A stretch of DNA of 64,000 nucleotides. Origin: an uncultured Candidatus Saccharibacteria bacterium (GTDB lineage Bacteria; Patescibacteriota; Minisyncoccia; Minisyncoccales; GWA2-46-15). Under the pieces are notes generated by a model that was given only the letters and a program-made list of their open reading frames with translations, was not told where the DNA came from and ran no database searches. The translations under genes were made by a program, and so were the position numbers. Below are positions 26,494 to 35,667 of the stretch, piece after piece (positions within the stretch are counted from its first letter, which is position 1; the number at the start of each line of letters is the position of its first letter). Location: contig CAYTHH010000001.1 of the NCBI GenBank assembly GCA_964437545.1, positions 14,381-78,380 on the forward strand, written 5' to 3'.

Positions 26494-28935
26494 TTATCGA
26501 TACTTTTTTCTTCTTAAATTTGTCTTAGTGAGTTCAATGATAATAATGGCAATAGCCGCTGAAGCCAAGAGTAAAGCCCAGTGATCTAAGTGCAAAGGAA
26601 CAATCCCCAACAGCTTTTGGGTTATGGGAATATAGGTAATGGTAATTTGCAAGACTAAACTAGAAATCACGGCCAAAAACAGCCATTTATTCTTCCAGAA
26701 GTTTTCATATCTCCAAAAAGGTTTTCTAAAAGTCCGACAGGAAAAGATGTATAAGACCGAATCAAAAGAAATAGCCATGAAGGCCATGGTTCTTCCCAGA
26801 TTAAGCATATTGAGATGAAGGCCAAAATACCAAAATAATCCTAAAGCAAAACCTCCGGAAAGGAAAGATATTAGGAATATAAGAGAAATTCCGAATCTAT
26901 TTAAAATCGGTTCGTTAACGCTTTTAGGGCCCTCGGCCATGACTTCTTTTTCCATGGGCTCAAAACCAAGGACAATGTCTTCCGGGCCGTCGCATAATAA
27001 ATGGATCCAAAGAATTTGAACAATAGTTAAAGGCATTGGCCAGCCCATAATAATTGATCCTAAGATCAGGAATATTTCAGCAAAAGAATCAGACAACATG
27101 AAAAAAATGACCTTTTTTAGATTTTCAAAAACAACTCTTCCCTCCTCAATAGCCGAGACAATGGTTTTAAAGTTGCTGTCTAAAAGAATTAAATCAGCTG
27201 TTTCTTTGGCAACTTCGGAAGCTTCGTTAACGACAATGCCGATATTTGATTTTTTCAAGGCAAGAGCATCATTAACGCCATCGCCAGTCATGGCCACGAC
27301 TTCCCCTTGTTCTTGGAGAATTCTGACGATTCTTAATTTTTGGTCTGGGGTTACTCGAGAAAATAAAAGTATGTTACCAATCACGGCTTTAAGTTGGTCG
27401 TCATTAAGCTCTTTAAGTTGTTTGCCTTCCAGGGCTTGGTCTGAAAAGATTTTCATTCCTAAATGTTCCATAATTTTTTCGGCCGTGCCACGATAATCTC
27501 CAGTAACTACTTTTACTGTGATGCCAGCCTGCCTGGCAATTAAAAGAGCTTCTTTAACCTCCTGGCGAGGCGGATCCCAAAGCCCGATCATACCGCCCCA
27601 TTTAAGTTGAGGCATTTTTTTAATACTAATCTTATCAATATTAACTTTTTTAAAACCTAAACCTAATATTTTTAAGCCTTGGCTAGCCCATTCATCCATT
27701 CTTGCTAGAATTTCTTGACGCTGGTTATCGGGTAAGTCGGTCATGTTCATAATGGTTTCCGGGGCGCCCTTAACCAAAAGTAAATTCCCAACCGGCAGAG
27801 GATTAACGGCATTAATCGTTGCCATAAATTTATAATTGCTGCTGAAAGTAATTTCAGCTAACCGTTGGTATTTATCAACAGCTTCCTGGGGGTCAAAATC
27901 TTTTTGATCTCTTAAATATTGCCAAAGGGCAGTTTCAGTCGGGTCAGAAAAGTTATTACATAGAGACATTACTAAAAAGCCATTTTCCTTGTTTTGAAAA
28001 TCTGTTTTATCAACCCTCATTTCTCCATGAGTCAGGGTGCCAGTTTTATCAGTGCAGATGACAGTCACTGATCCCAAAGTTTCTACCGCCAAAAGCTTTC
28101 TGATTAAAGCTTTTTTCTTTAGGGTTTTTTGCATGGCAATCACTAAAATTATTGTAGTGACAATAATTAAAGCCTCAGGGATAATAGCTACCATAATTAC
28201 TGACGAAGTCTGAAGCATTTGCCAAAAATCTTTGCCAACGATTACTCCAGAAATTAGAATCAGCAAAGAAAGGGCTATAGAAAGATAAGTGATTCCTTTG
28301 GTAAACTTTTTTAGCCTTAATTGCAAAGTAGTTAAGGGCTGGGAAGTTTCCTTTAAAGATAGGGCGATTTTCCCCATTTTTGTATTCAGTCCCGTACTAG
28401 TTACTTTAATAACAGCCCGACCGCCAGCTACGATTGTGCCCATGAAGACATCTTGATCTGAGTTTTTTTCCAAAGGCTCGCTTTCACCAGTTAAAACAGC
28501 TTCATTAATAAAGAAAGAAACAGCTTCTAAAACAATGCCGTCAGCTGGGACCTTATCTCCAGTAGCAAGAAAAACAATATCGCCAGGAACCAGTTCTGAA
28601 ACTGGTATTTCTTGGCGCTGACTATCTCGTTCTACCCGAATAAAAGGCTTAATAAGCTTTTTTAAAGCTAACAGAGTTTTTTGGGCCTTATATTCTTGGA
28701 AAAAACCAAATAAAGAGTTCAAAAGTAGAACTGAGAAAATGAAAATTATTTCAAAATATTCTCTAGAGAATACAGAAATTAAGCCGGCAAACAAGAGCAG
28801 AAAGATCAAGGGATTAGAAAACTGGGCCAGAAAAATCTTTAAGGCCGTAGCTTTTTTTTCTTCGGGTAAAACATTCCTGCCGTATTGAATTCGAAGTTCT
28901 TTTGTTTGTTCTAGGGTTAATCCAGTATATTTCAT
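26494..28935 (-). CDS. Cation-transporting P-type ATPase (P2A, Ca2+-type)
   Basis: LTGES, IPE, DKTGTLT, KGAPE, TGDGVND. Confidence 0.95.
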   Translation of the reverse strand: MKYTGLTLEQTKELRIQYGRNVLPEEKKATALKIFLAQFSNPLIFLLLFAGLISVFSREYFEIIFIFSVLLLNSLFGFFQEYKAQKTLLALKKLIKPFIRVERDSQRQEIPVSELVPGDIVFLATGDKVPADGIVLEAVSFFINEAVLTGESEPLEKNSDQDVFMGTIVAGGRAVIKVTSTGLNTKMGKIALSLKETSQPLTTLQLRLKKFTKGITYLSIALSLLILISGVIVGKDFWQMLQTSSVIMVAIIPEALIIVTTIILVIAMQKTLKKKALIRKLLAVETLGSVTVICTDKTGTLTHGEMRVDKTDFQNKENGFLVMSLCNNFSDPTETALWQYLRDQKDFDPQEAVDKYQRLAEITFSSNYKFMATINAVNPLPVGNLLLVKGAPETIMNMTDLPDNQRQEILARMDEWASQGLKILGLGFKKVNIDKISIKKMPQLKWGGMIGLWDPPRQEVKEALLIARQAGITVKVVTGDYRGTAEKIMEHLGMKIFSDQALEGKQLKELNDDQLKAVIGNILLFSRVTPDQKLRIVRILQEQGEVVAMTGDGVNDALALKKSNIGIVVNEASEVAKETADLILLDSNFKTIVSAIEEGRVVFENLKKVIFFMLSDSFAEIFLILGSIIMGWPMPLTIVQILWIHLLCDGPEDIVLGFEPMEKEVMAEGPKSVNEPILNRFGISLIFLISFLSGGFALGLFWYFGLHLNMLNLGRTMAFMAISFDSVLYIFSCRTFRKPFWRYENFWKNKWLFLAVISSLVLQITITYIPITQKLLGIVPLHLDHWALLLASAAIAIIIIELTKTNLRRKKYR

Positions 28936-29118
28936 AGATTTTTTTCATTATATTGATATACCAGCTTGTTAGCTATTATAGCATAAATGATATTCTGGCA
29001 CCTCGGGAACAACTTACTAGCTGCTATATTAATTTACTTGATTCAAAAACAAAACTCGGATATTTTTTCCGAGTCTTGGAATTATCTTGAGCAGTCCCAA
29101 GTAAATATTAGGGACTGC

Positions 29119-29223
29119 TCAGGGTCTAGGAAGTTTCAGCACCATTTGCACCGGGTCATCAGGGTGATACGGCCATGCCCGTCCTGGGCTGAAACTTCTT
29201 GAGCTAGGATTGGCAATCAGCAT
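29119..29223 (-). CDS. Putative 34-aa small protein
   Basis: MLIANPSSRSFSPGRAWPYHPDDPVQMVLKLPRP*; AAAGGAGG SD, TTGACT-17-TAACAT promoter, downstream hairpins. Confidence 0.5.
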   Translation of the reverse strand: MLIANPSSRSFSPGRAWPYHPDDPVQMVLKLPRP

Positions 29224-29416
29224 GACATCCTCCTTTGCCCTTGAAGTTTCTAATTTGAATGTTAGAACAAAATTAAAAATTAGTCAATAGTTATAGCTGG
29301 GGGTTTAGTTATGAGGTAATATTGAATCTATTTAATATAGATTATTTAGGATTATTAAAAACTGGCGGCTGAAGATGTTAATCATCTGTCGAGCCGCCAG
29401 TCAGGTTGAGGCGTTA

Positions 29417-30286
29417 TTACGCCATAGTGCCGTTAACCGACACATGAAAAATTCTTTTGGAAACGATCTCCCAGTTCACCACGCCAATTGCGGCACCGAG
29501 AAATCCGCCAAATATTACGAGCAATGCTTGCTGAACGAAAGATGTGGATGTCTGGACAAGCCAGATGTAGCATATTGTGCCGCCAAGCGTTCCGTCAATC
29601 GCACAGAGTATTCGCTTATGTGAATGAATTAGCCTGAATAGGTGCCAGGCGAATTGGACTGAAAAACGGAGTATCTCCCCTACAATAATAGCAAGATACA
29701 TCCACAAATCCCACAGAAGGAATTTTATTACTCTGAAAGTTCCTTGCAGAATCCATTTTGCGGCATTGACATAGGTAAGGGGAACTTCTTCGCAGTCGTG
29801 GAGCTGTCCCAAATAATCCCAACAACGATGGTCTACAAGCATTGCGCCAATACAAGCAAGAAGAACAAAAAGGCCACTAAAAGCTATGACTGTTAAACAA
29901 TAGCACAAGATGAGCAGTAAGGTTTCTGTGATTATTATTCTCATCTCTCCCATACTTGTTGGTAATGCCGATACGTCTATAGCAATTGCAATGATAAGGG
30001 GCAGAGCACAAAGCATACCGAAGTATAAAAATGGATGTGGCCTGGGAAACCATTCCCTTACTAAAACGATCATGTTCTTCCACATATCTGCACTCTTTCT
30101 CCCGAGAGTGCGCAGAAAAGCAATGGGAATCGCCCAGCAAATTTCGCGGAACTCATAACTAACATATCCGCCAGCGAGTCCAGCGATGAAGCCAAGCCAC
30201 CAATAGCTTGGCGTGAATATGAGCGCCATTATGCAAAAGCTGGCGCCACCGATAAAACAAGCAACCGCAATTTTTCTTGTTTCCAT
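29417..30286 (-). CDS. Hypothetical multi-pass membrane protein
   Basis: 289 aa, many TM segments, GAAAGGAG SD, GC-richer than the core. Confidence 0.75.
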   Translation of the reverse strand: METRKIAVACFIGGASFCIMALIFTPSYWWLGFIAGLAGGYVSYEFREICWAIPIAFLRTLGRKSADMWKNMIVLVREWFPRPHPFLYFGMLCALPLIIAIAIDVSALPTSMGEMRIIITETLLLILCYCLTVIAFSGLFVLLACIGAMLVDHRCWDYLGQLHDCEEVPLTYVNAAKWILQGTFRVIKFLLWDLWMYLAIIVGEILRFSVQFAWHLFRLIHSHKRILCAIDGTLGGTICYIWLVQTSTSFVQQALLVIFGGFLGAAIGVVNWEIVSKRIFHVSVNGTMA

Positions 30287-30581
30287 GAGAAACTCCTTTC
30301 AAGTTTCAAGGTACAACTTTCCCGCGAAACTCCGCGGAGAGACTATCGAGCATAATCCCGATATTATTAATATTAATACACATTATAATACAGTAGTCAA
30401 GATTCGCGATACAAGGCAATACTTCAATAATTTAGCAACGCTGATTAAAAACCGCCTTAATAAAAAGGCGATATTTCTTTGCAGTGTTCCTTGGTCTAGA
30501 ACCAATGTTTCAAAGGAAGATTTGGGTTTTTTGCTAACCCATCTCGGCCTGATCTAACATTGGTTGCTGGAGACGACTTAC

Positions 30582-30809
30582 TTAAACTATTTGATAACTC
30601 TCTCCTTTCCCAACTGCATATCTGACAAATTTCAGAGAGTGAGCAAAAACTTCAGGATTAGCAGGTTGATTCACAGAGATAGAAATATCCAGACGTTCTT
30701 GCCAGCAAAAGTTTATTAACGATATCCATTGAGGGTCGAGATTGGATTTCGCCCACTCAATTCCTGCGAGTTTAGAGTTGACTTCTCCTTTATGTAAACC
30801 GTAAAGCAT
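30582..30809 (-). pseudogene. C-terminal fragment of an aminoglycoside nucleotidyltransferase-like (DUF4111-type) protein
   Basis: RMLY.L..GEVNSK.AG.EWA...L..QW..LI pattern; N-terminal catalytic domain absent. Confidence 0.5.
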
Positions 30810-31025
30810 ACGGCTTTACAGCTATTCCGAAGTTTTGGCGAATGATAGTCCATTTGCCTAGGCTCATTTTTAGTATAACAAAAGAAAGTTTGGTTTGAAA
30901 TATATATCATTTTAAAAAAGAAGAAGGGGTTATCCGCGAGATGCGAATAACCCCTTTTTTGTGGCGGACGCAAGACTTTAAAATATTAAAAAGTTTAAGT
31001 GTCCAAGTTTTCAAGGCTCTACTTA

Positions 31026-31229
31026 TTACTGCGGGAGAAACCCAGACGCCGAGCCACAGTGCGAATTCTTATCGCCAAACCAGCCCGTTTCAAACTCGAT
31101 GTAGCCAGAGTCAAAGGAGAAAAAGAGCACGCCCGAGAAAAAGCAGTCAGCATTAAAAGAATATTCGTTGCCCGCGCAGTCAATCCACAGGTCATAGTAG
31201 TTCTGCAGTCGTCGGGGATGCGTCAGTAA
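31026..31229 (-). pseudogene. 3' fragment of a hypothetical gene ending GSASGFLPQ
   Basis: Protein-like aromatic-rich C-terminus with no convincing start; abuts the recombinase fragment. Confidence 0.4.
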
Positions 31230-32013
31230 CACCAACCCTTAATATCAAGGCAGTTATTTGACAGAGTGCAGGAAGTTTTTAAGGGCTACGATAAAAAGCC
31301 GTTTAGATACGCCTGTAAACCTTTCGCCTTCAGGGGTTTAATAAAGTGTGCCGATTGCGGTTGCACCATTACGGCGGAAACATCAAAACATAAATATAAT
31401 TATTACAGTTGCACCAATTTCAAAAAAGCACATACCAAAAGGCTCTATATCAACGAAGAAAGGCTATTAGAGCCAGTCTATAGCGTTTTGAGGCATATAA
31501 GGCTCACAGACGGGCAAATGCCGTTTAATAGCGGGTTTGAAGCAGACTGACGAAGCGAAAGATAAGTTCTTTGAGGCTTCAATGGAAAGCCTACGGGGAG
31601 ATTATGATAAATATGAAAAGAGAAAAAGCAACTTACTTGATAGATTGGCTGACGAAGAAATAACCAAAGAAGATTATGATAAAAAATTAAATGAATATCA
31701 GATAAAACAATCTCTGATAAATACCGAGATGGCAAAGCACCACAAGGCTGATAATGAGTATTACATTACGGTTGCTATGATTTTAAGCCTTGCTAAAAGG
31801 GCTTATAAGATATTCAAAAGTTCTGAACCAATGGAGAAAAGGGCGTTTCTTAATTTCTTACTTCAGAACTCCAAATTACAGGGCAGAAAGTTCACTTTTG
31901 AACTTAAAAAGCCGTTCAATGCGGCTCTTGTTGCTCACGAGCGTTCAAACTTGCTGCGGGGCTTGGATTCGAACCAAGATAGTCACCTTCAAAGGGTGAT
32001 GTCCTACCATTAG
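31230..32013 (+). pseudogene. Truncated, frameshifted large serine recombinase
   Basis: HQPLISRQLFDRVQ (from 31230), Zn ribbon C.DCGC...YYSC, coiled coil; frame break near 31520-31537; catalytic N-terminus missing; C-terminus reads into tRNA-Gln. Confidence 0.85.
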
Positions 32014-32024
32014 ACGACCCCGCA
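31954..32024 (-). tRNA. tRNA-Gln(UUG)
   Basis: Cloverleaf TGCGGGG...CCCCGCA-G, anticodon loop CTTTGAA, GGTTCGAATCC; CCA not encoded. Confidence 0.95.
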
Positions 32025-32028
32025 ATAT

Positions 32029-33129
32029 TTAAATTCCACAGTACTCAGCAATAGCCAATTCCAAAGGAAGCTGCAAGATGGGCGAAGATTTCATTCTGTT
32101 CTGGGCATCAAGGAAAAGATCCAAAAGCTTTCTTAAATCCTCTTCCTGAAACTTATCAGTCTGGTTTTTTAATTTTCCAAACTCTTCGTCAGATAAGCCG
32201 TCGGTCAAAGGATTGTGCAAGTCTTTGCCGCCAATCTTAAACATTAAGCTGGCATGAAGATAATTAATAACTTCAGACACAAACTGGATCAGGTCATTGC
32301 CTTCTTCGAAAATCTGTCCTAAAAGACTAATAGCAGCTTTGGCATCTTTAGCCAATAAAGCATCAACCAGTTCAGCTGCTTTTTGCAGCCCTACAATTCC
32401 CAGCAGTTCTCTCAAGTCTTTTAAAGTGATCTTGTCTTTTGAGCAAAAGGTAGCTGATTGGTCAAGAATGGTTTCTGCATCTCTTAAAGATCCTCCGGAA
32501 CTCAGAGCAATCAGTTCCAAGGCTGGCTTTTCTATCTGAAGCTTTTCTTTTTTGGCTACAATTTCCAGCCTCTTGATGACTTCGGCCATTTTCAGCCTTT
32601 TAAAGTCAAATCTTTGACATCTAGAAATAATGGTCGGGATCATTTTGTGAATTTCAGTTGTTGCCAGGATAAAGATGGCGTGGTCGGGCGGCTCTTCAAG
32701 AGTTTTTAAAAGCGCATTTGAAGCTTCTTTGGTAAGCTGGTGACTTTCATCAATAATAAAGACTTTGTATTTTGACTTAGCTGGGGCAAATTTAATTCCT
32801 TCTTTTAGCTCTCTAATTTCATCAATGCCTCGATGGGAAGCAGCGTCAATTTCAATCAAATCAATACTCCTGCTGTCGTTAATTTCCAAACAGCTCGAGC
32901 ATTTATTACAGGGCTCAAATTCCTCCTTTTTCCTGCCGGTACAGTTTAAGGATTTGGCAAAAAGTCTGGCAATAGTGGTTTTACCGCTACCTCTGGGGCC
33001 GGAAAATAAATAGCCCTGAGAAAGAATGTCTAAACTCAAAGCATTAGTCAGAGTTTTGACAATGTGCTCTTGGGCAATGATTTCAGCAAAAAGCTTGGGT
33101 CGATATTTCCTGTAAAAGACTTTAGACAT
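32029..33129 (-). CDS. dnaX: DNA polymerase III subunit gamma/tau
   Basis: YRKYRP, GPRGSGKTT, PCNKCSSC, EIDAASHRG, NALLKTLEEPP, SRCQ. Confidence 0.96.
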   Translation of the reverse strand: MSKVFYRKYRPKLFAEIIAQEHIVKTLTNALSLDILSQGYLFSGPRGSGKTTIARLFAKSLNCTGRKKEEFEPCNKCSSCLEINDSRSIDLIEIDAASHRGIDEIRELKEGIKFAPAKSKYKVFIIDESHQLTKEASNALLKTLEEPPDHAIFILATTEIHKMIPTIISRCQRFDFKRLKMAEVIKRLEIVAKKEKLQIEKPALELIALSSGGSLRDAETILDQSATFCSKDKITLKDLRELLGIVGLQKAAELVDALLAKDAKAAISLLGQIFEEGNDLIQFVSEVINYLHASLMFKIGGKDLHNPLTDGLSDEEFGKLKNQTDKFQEEDLRKLLDLFLDAQNRMKSSPILQLPLELAIAEYCGI

Positions 33130-33535
33130 TTTCTTTAAAAACTATAAGTTTATAACCAAGAAAGTTCCAAAAGAGTCCGATAAAACTTCCCTTTATAGCT
33201 CCGATAATAGCCCAAGTTTTAGAGCTAAGTCCGAGCCAGGGGCTGATAGAATTAACTACTAAGGATGCAACTCCGACATTAATAAAAAATCCAATAATAC
33301 TTATTAATAGAAACAAACTAAACTTTCTTTTTTTCGATTCAAAAGTCCAAGCTTTATTCAGGAAGTAGGAATTTACAGTGGCAATAAAGAAAGAAAATCC
33401 CTTAAAAACAGAATATTGCCATCCTTTATCTATTCCGGAAGCAGAGATCAGTAAAAAGAGAATACCCAAGTCAATTAAAAAGTTTAAGCTGCCGACTAAA
33501 AAGAACTTTGCAAACTGCAATAAGTTTTCTTTCAT
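33122..33535 (-). CDS. GtrA-family membrane protein
   Basis: KFFLVG, NSYFLNKAWTF, WNFLGYKLIVF. Confidence 0.88.
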   Translation of the reverse strand: MKENLLQFAKFFLVGSLNFLIDLGILFLLISASGIDKGWQYSVFKGFSFFIATVNSYFLNKAWTFESKKRKFSLFLLISIIGFFINVGVASLVVNSISPWLGLSSKTWAIIGAIKGSFIGLFWNFLGYKLIVFKENV

Positions 33536-33635
33536 TCATTTAATTTAACATGGAGTGATTAAAAGAGCAAAGTCGTTTAGTTGAAACAAAAAAGAGCTCC
33601 GTTTGCACGGGCTCTTTTCGTTGGGTGGGAAGTTT

Positions 33636-33863
33636 TCAAGGGCTGGCTTCCAGTATTGCTTCAGTAGTTTTTCTCAGTAACGGATATAACCACATCCGCC
33701 ACTTGTCCCTTATCAGTGCGATAATAAGGGCAATTAAAACCTCTGGGAGATACAATACAGCGATGATTGCCCAGAGCAGGATTACCGCGATGAAGGCACC
33801 GATAAGTTGGATGCCCAGCCAAAGCCCGTTTACAAACTTGATCCGAAAACCTTCTTGTTTCAT
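33636..33863 (-). CDS. Small hypothetical membrane protein
   Basis: GGAGG SD, upstream consensus promoter, downstream hairpin at 33587-33619. Confidence 0.65.
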   Translation of the reverse strand: MKQEGFRIKFVNGLWLGIQLIGAFIAVILLWAIIAVLYLPEVLIALIIALIRDKWRMWLYPLLRKTTEAILEASP

Positions 33864-33899
33864 TTTCTGCCTCCTTGCAGTAAATTTTGAACTATAAAT

Positions 33900-33928
33900 A
33901 TTATAATAAGGATTATTGTGAATGTCAA
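33900..33928 (-). promoter_or_regulatory. Consensus sigma70 promoter
   Basis: Minus strand TTGACA-17 nt-TATAAT. Confidence 0.75.
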
Positions 33929-33972
33929 GACGAGAGGATTTTATTTAAACTAATTTGTGCTAAAATAAATAA

Positions 33973-35352
33973 ATGATTAAATTTTATAATACCCTTACTA
34001 GAAAAATACAGGACTTCAAGCCCATTAAAAAAGGCTTAGTTGGTATTTATTCCTGCGGTCCAACTGTTTACTGGAATCAGCACATTGGTCATATGTATTG
34101 CTATGTTCAATGGGATGTTTTAGTCAGGTTTTTAAAATATTCTGGCTATAAAACAAAGTGGGTAATGAACATTACTGATGTTGGCCATATGACTTCTGAC
34201 CAGGACTTCGGGGAAGACAAAATGGAAAAAGGAGCTAAAAGAGAAGGTCTGACGGTCTGGCAGATAGCTGAAAAATATACCCAGCAGTTTTTAAATAGCC
34301 TGGATTTGCTTAATATTAACCGACCCAATATTCTTTGCCGAGCTACCGATCATATTCAAGAGCAAATTGATTTAGCTAAAAAGATAGAAAAGAATAGTTT
34401 TGCTTATTTGACCAAAACAGGCTTGGTTTTTGATACTTCAAAGTTTCCTGGTTACGCTAGCTTTGCCAAGCTTAACTTAAAAAAACAGGTTTCGGGCTCT
34501 AGAGTTGAAATAGACCCTGAGAAAAAAAAGCCCTGGGATTTTCTTTTATGGGTGACTAATCAGCCGGACCATATTATGCTTTGGGATAGTCCTTGGGGCA
34601 AAGGCTATCCAGGTTGGCATATTGAATGCACAGCCATGTCTGTTAAATATCTGGGTAAGAGATTTGATATTCATACTGGCGGCAAAGAGCATATTCCGGT
34701 TCATCATACTAATGAAATTGCTCAAAGTTATGGCGCTTTCGGCAAGCAAACTGCCAATTACTGGCTTCATAACGAATGGCTGACCTTAGAGGGAGAAAAG
34801 ATGTCAAAGAGTTTGGGTAATAATGTTTTAATCACTGATTTAGTCTCTAAGGGCTTTAACCCCCTTTCTTTAAGATATTTAATCCTGACCTCCAATTACC
34901 GCCAGGGCATAAATTTTACCTGGAAAGGGCTAGAAGCTTCTGAAACAGCTCTTAAAAATCTTTACGGTAAAGCCCTAGAATTAAAGAACGCAAAAGGAAA
35001 ATTAAGAAAAGCAGTTATTGATAAATATCGCCAAAGTTTTAAAAAAGCTGTTGGTAATGACCTAAATATTTCTCAAGCTTTAGGGTTAACCTGGAAAATG
35101 CTCAAGAACAAGGAGCTCTCCGATAAAGAAAAATATCGTCTGCTAGCTGATTTTGACAAGGTTTTCGGTTTTAATTTAAAAGAGGTAAGGGCAGAAACAG
35201 CTTCAAAACAGGTTTTAGATTTAATTGAAAAAAGAGAAGCTTTGAGAAAAGGAAGACAATGGCAGTCAGCAGACCGTATTAGAAAGAAGATAGAAAACCT
35301 TGGCTGGCAGGTGGAAGATACTGAGATCGGACCAAAGCATAAAAAGATTTAA
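33973..35352 (+). CDS. cysS: Cysteinyl-tRNA synthetase
   Basis: CGPTVY, HIGH, PGWHIEC, KMSKS. Confidence 0.97.
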   Translation: MIKFYNTLTRKIQDFKPIKKGLVGIYSCGPTVYWNQHIGHMYCYVQWDVLVRFLKYSGYKTKWVMNITDVGHMTSDQDFGEDKMEKGAKREGLTVWQIAEKYTQQFLNSLDLLNINRPNILCRATDHIQEQIDLAKKIEKNSFAYLTKTGLVFDTSKFPGYASFAKLNLKKQVSGSRVEIDPEKKKPWDFLLWVTNQPDHIMLWDSPWGKGYPGWHIECTAMSVKYLGKRFDIHTGGKEHIPVHHTNEIAQSYGAFGKQTANYWLHNEWLTLEGEKMSKSLGNNVLITDLVSKGFNPLSLRYLILTSNYRQGINFTWKGLEASETALKNLYGKALELKNAKGKLRKAVIDKYRQSFKKAVGNDLNISQALGLTWKMLKNKELSDKEKYRLLADFDKVFGFNLKEVRAETASKQVLDLIEKREALRKGRQWQSADRIRKKIENLGWQVEDTEIGPKHKKI

Positions 35353-35387
35353 AGAATACAAAACCCTGTCATGATTCAATTAAAAAT

Positions 35388-35578
35388 CGAAAAGGAGCTA
35401 AGCTCCTTTACATAAATTAAGAAGAAAGTTGGATATCGCATGTCTAATTGAATTGGGGCTAAGCATATTTTTTCAAAAATCTGCAAAATTACGCCATTTG
35501 TCAGATTTGTTCGTAAATTTGTTCGGGTTATGAAAGGTGACAGTCACCTTTCAAAAAAAGGAGCTTAGCTCCTTTTCG
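35388..35578. repeat. Composite palindromic element bounded by 22-bp inverted repeats
   Basis: cgaaaaggagctaagctccttt (35388-35409) is the reverse complement of 35557-35578. Confidence 0.75.
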
Positions 35579-35667
35579 GTATTTGATCTTGTTATTAAAC
35601 TCTTAATATCTCTTAAAGTTAAGGGATTGCTCCCCCCTTTGGTTTTTGTTAGAGTAAAGGAAATAAC

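Noticed and set aside
31026-31229. Diversity-generating retroelement target or template
   Set aside because: The aromatic-rich C-terminus is suggestive, but I saw no reverse transcriptase and no adenine-variant repeat pair in the window.
32029-33129. Short DnaX as a pseudogene or programmed frameshift
   Set aside because: The clamp-loader domains are intact and tRNA-Gln follows immediately, leaving no downstream tau frame; short forms are plausible in reduced genomes.
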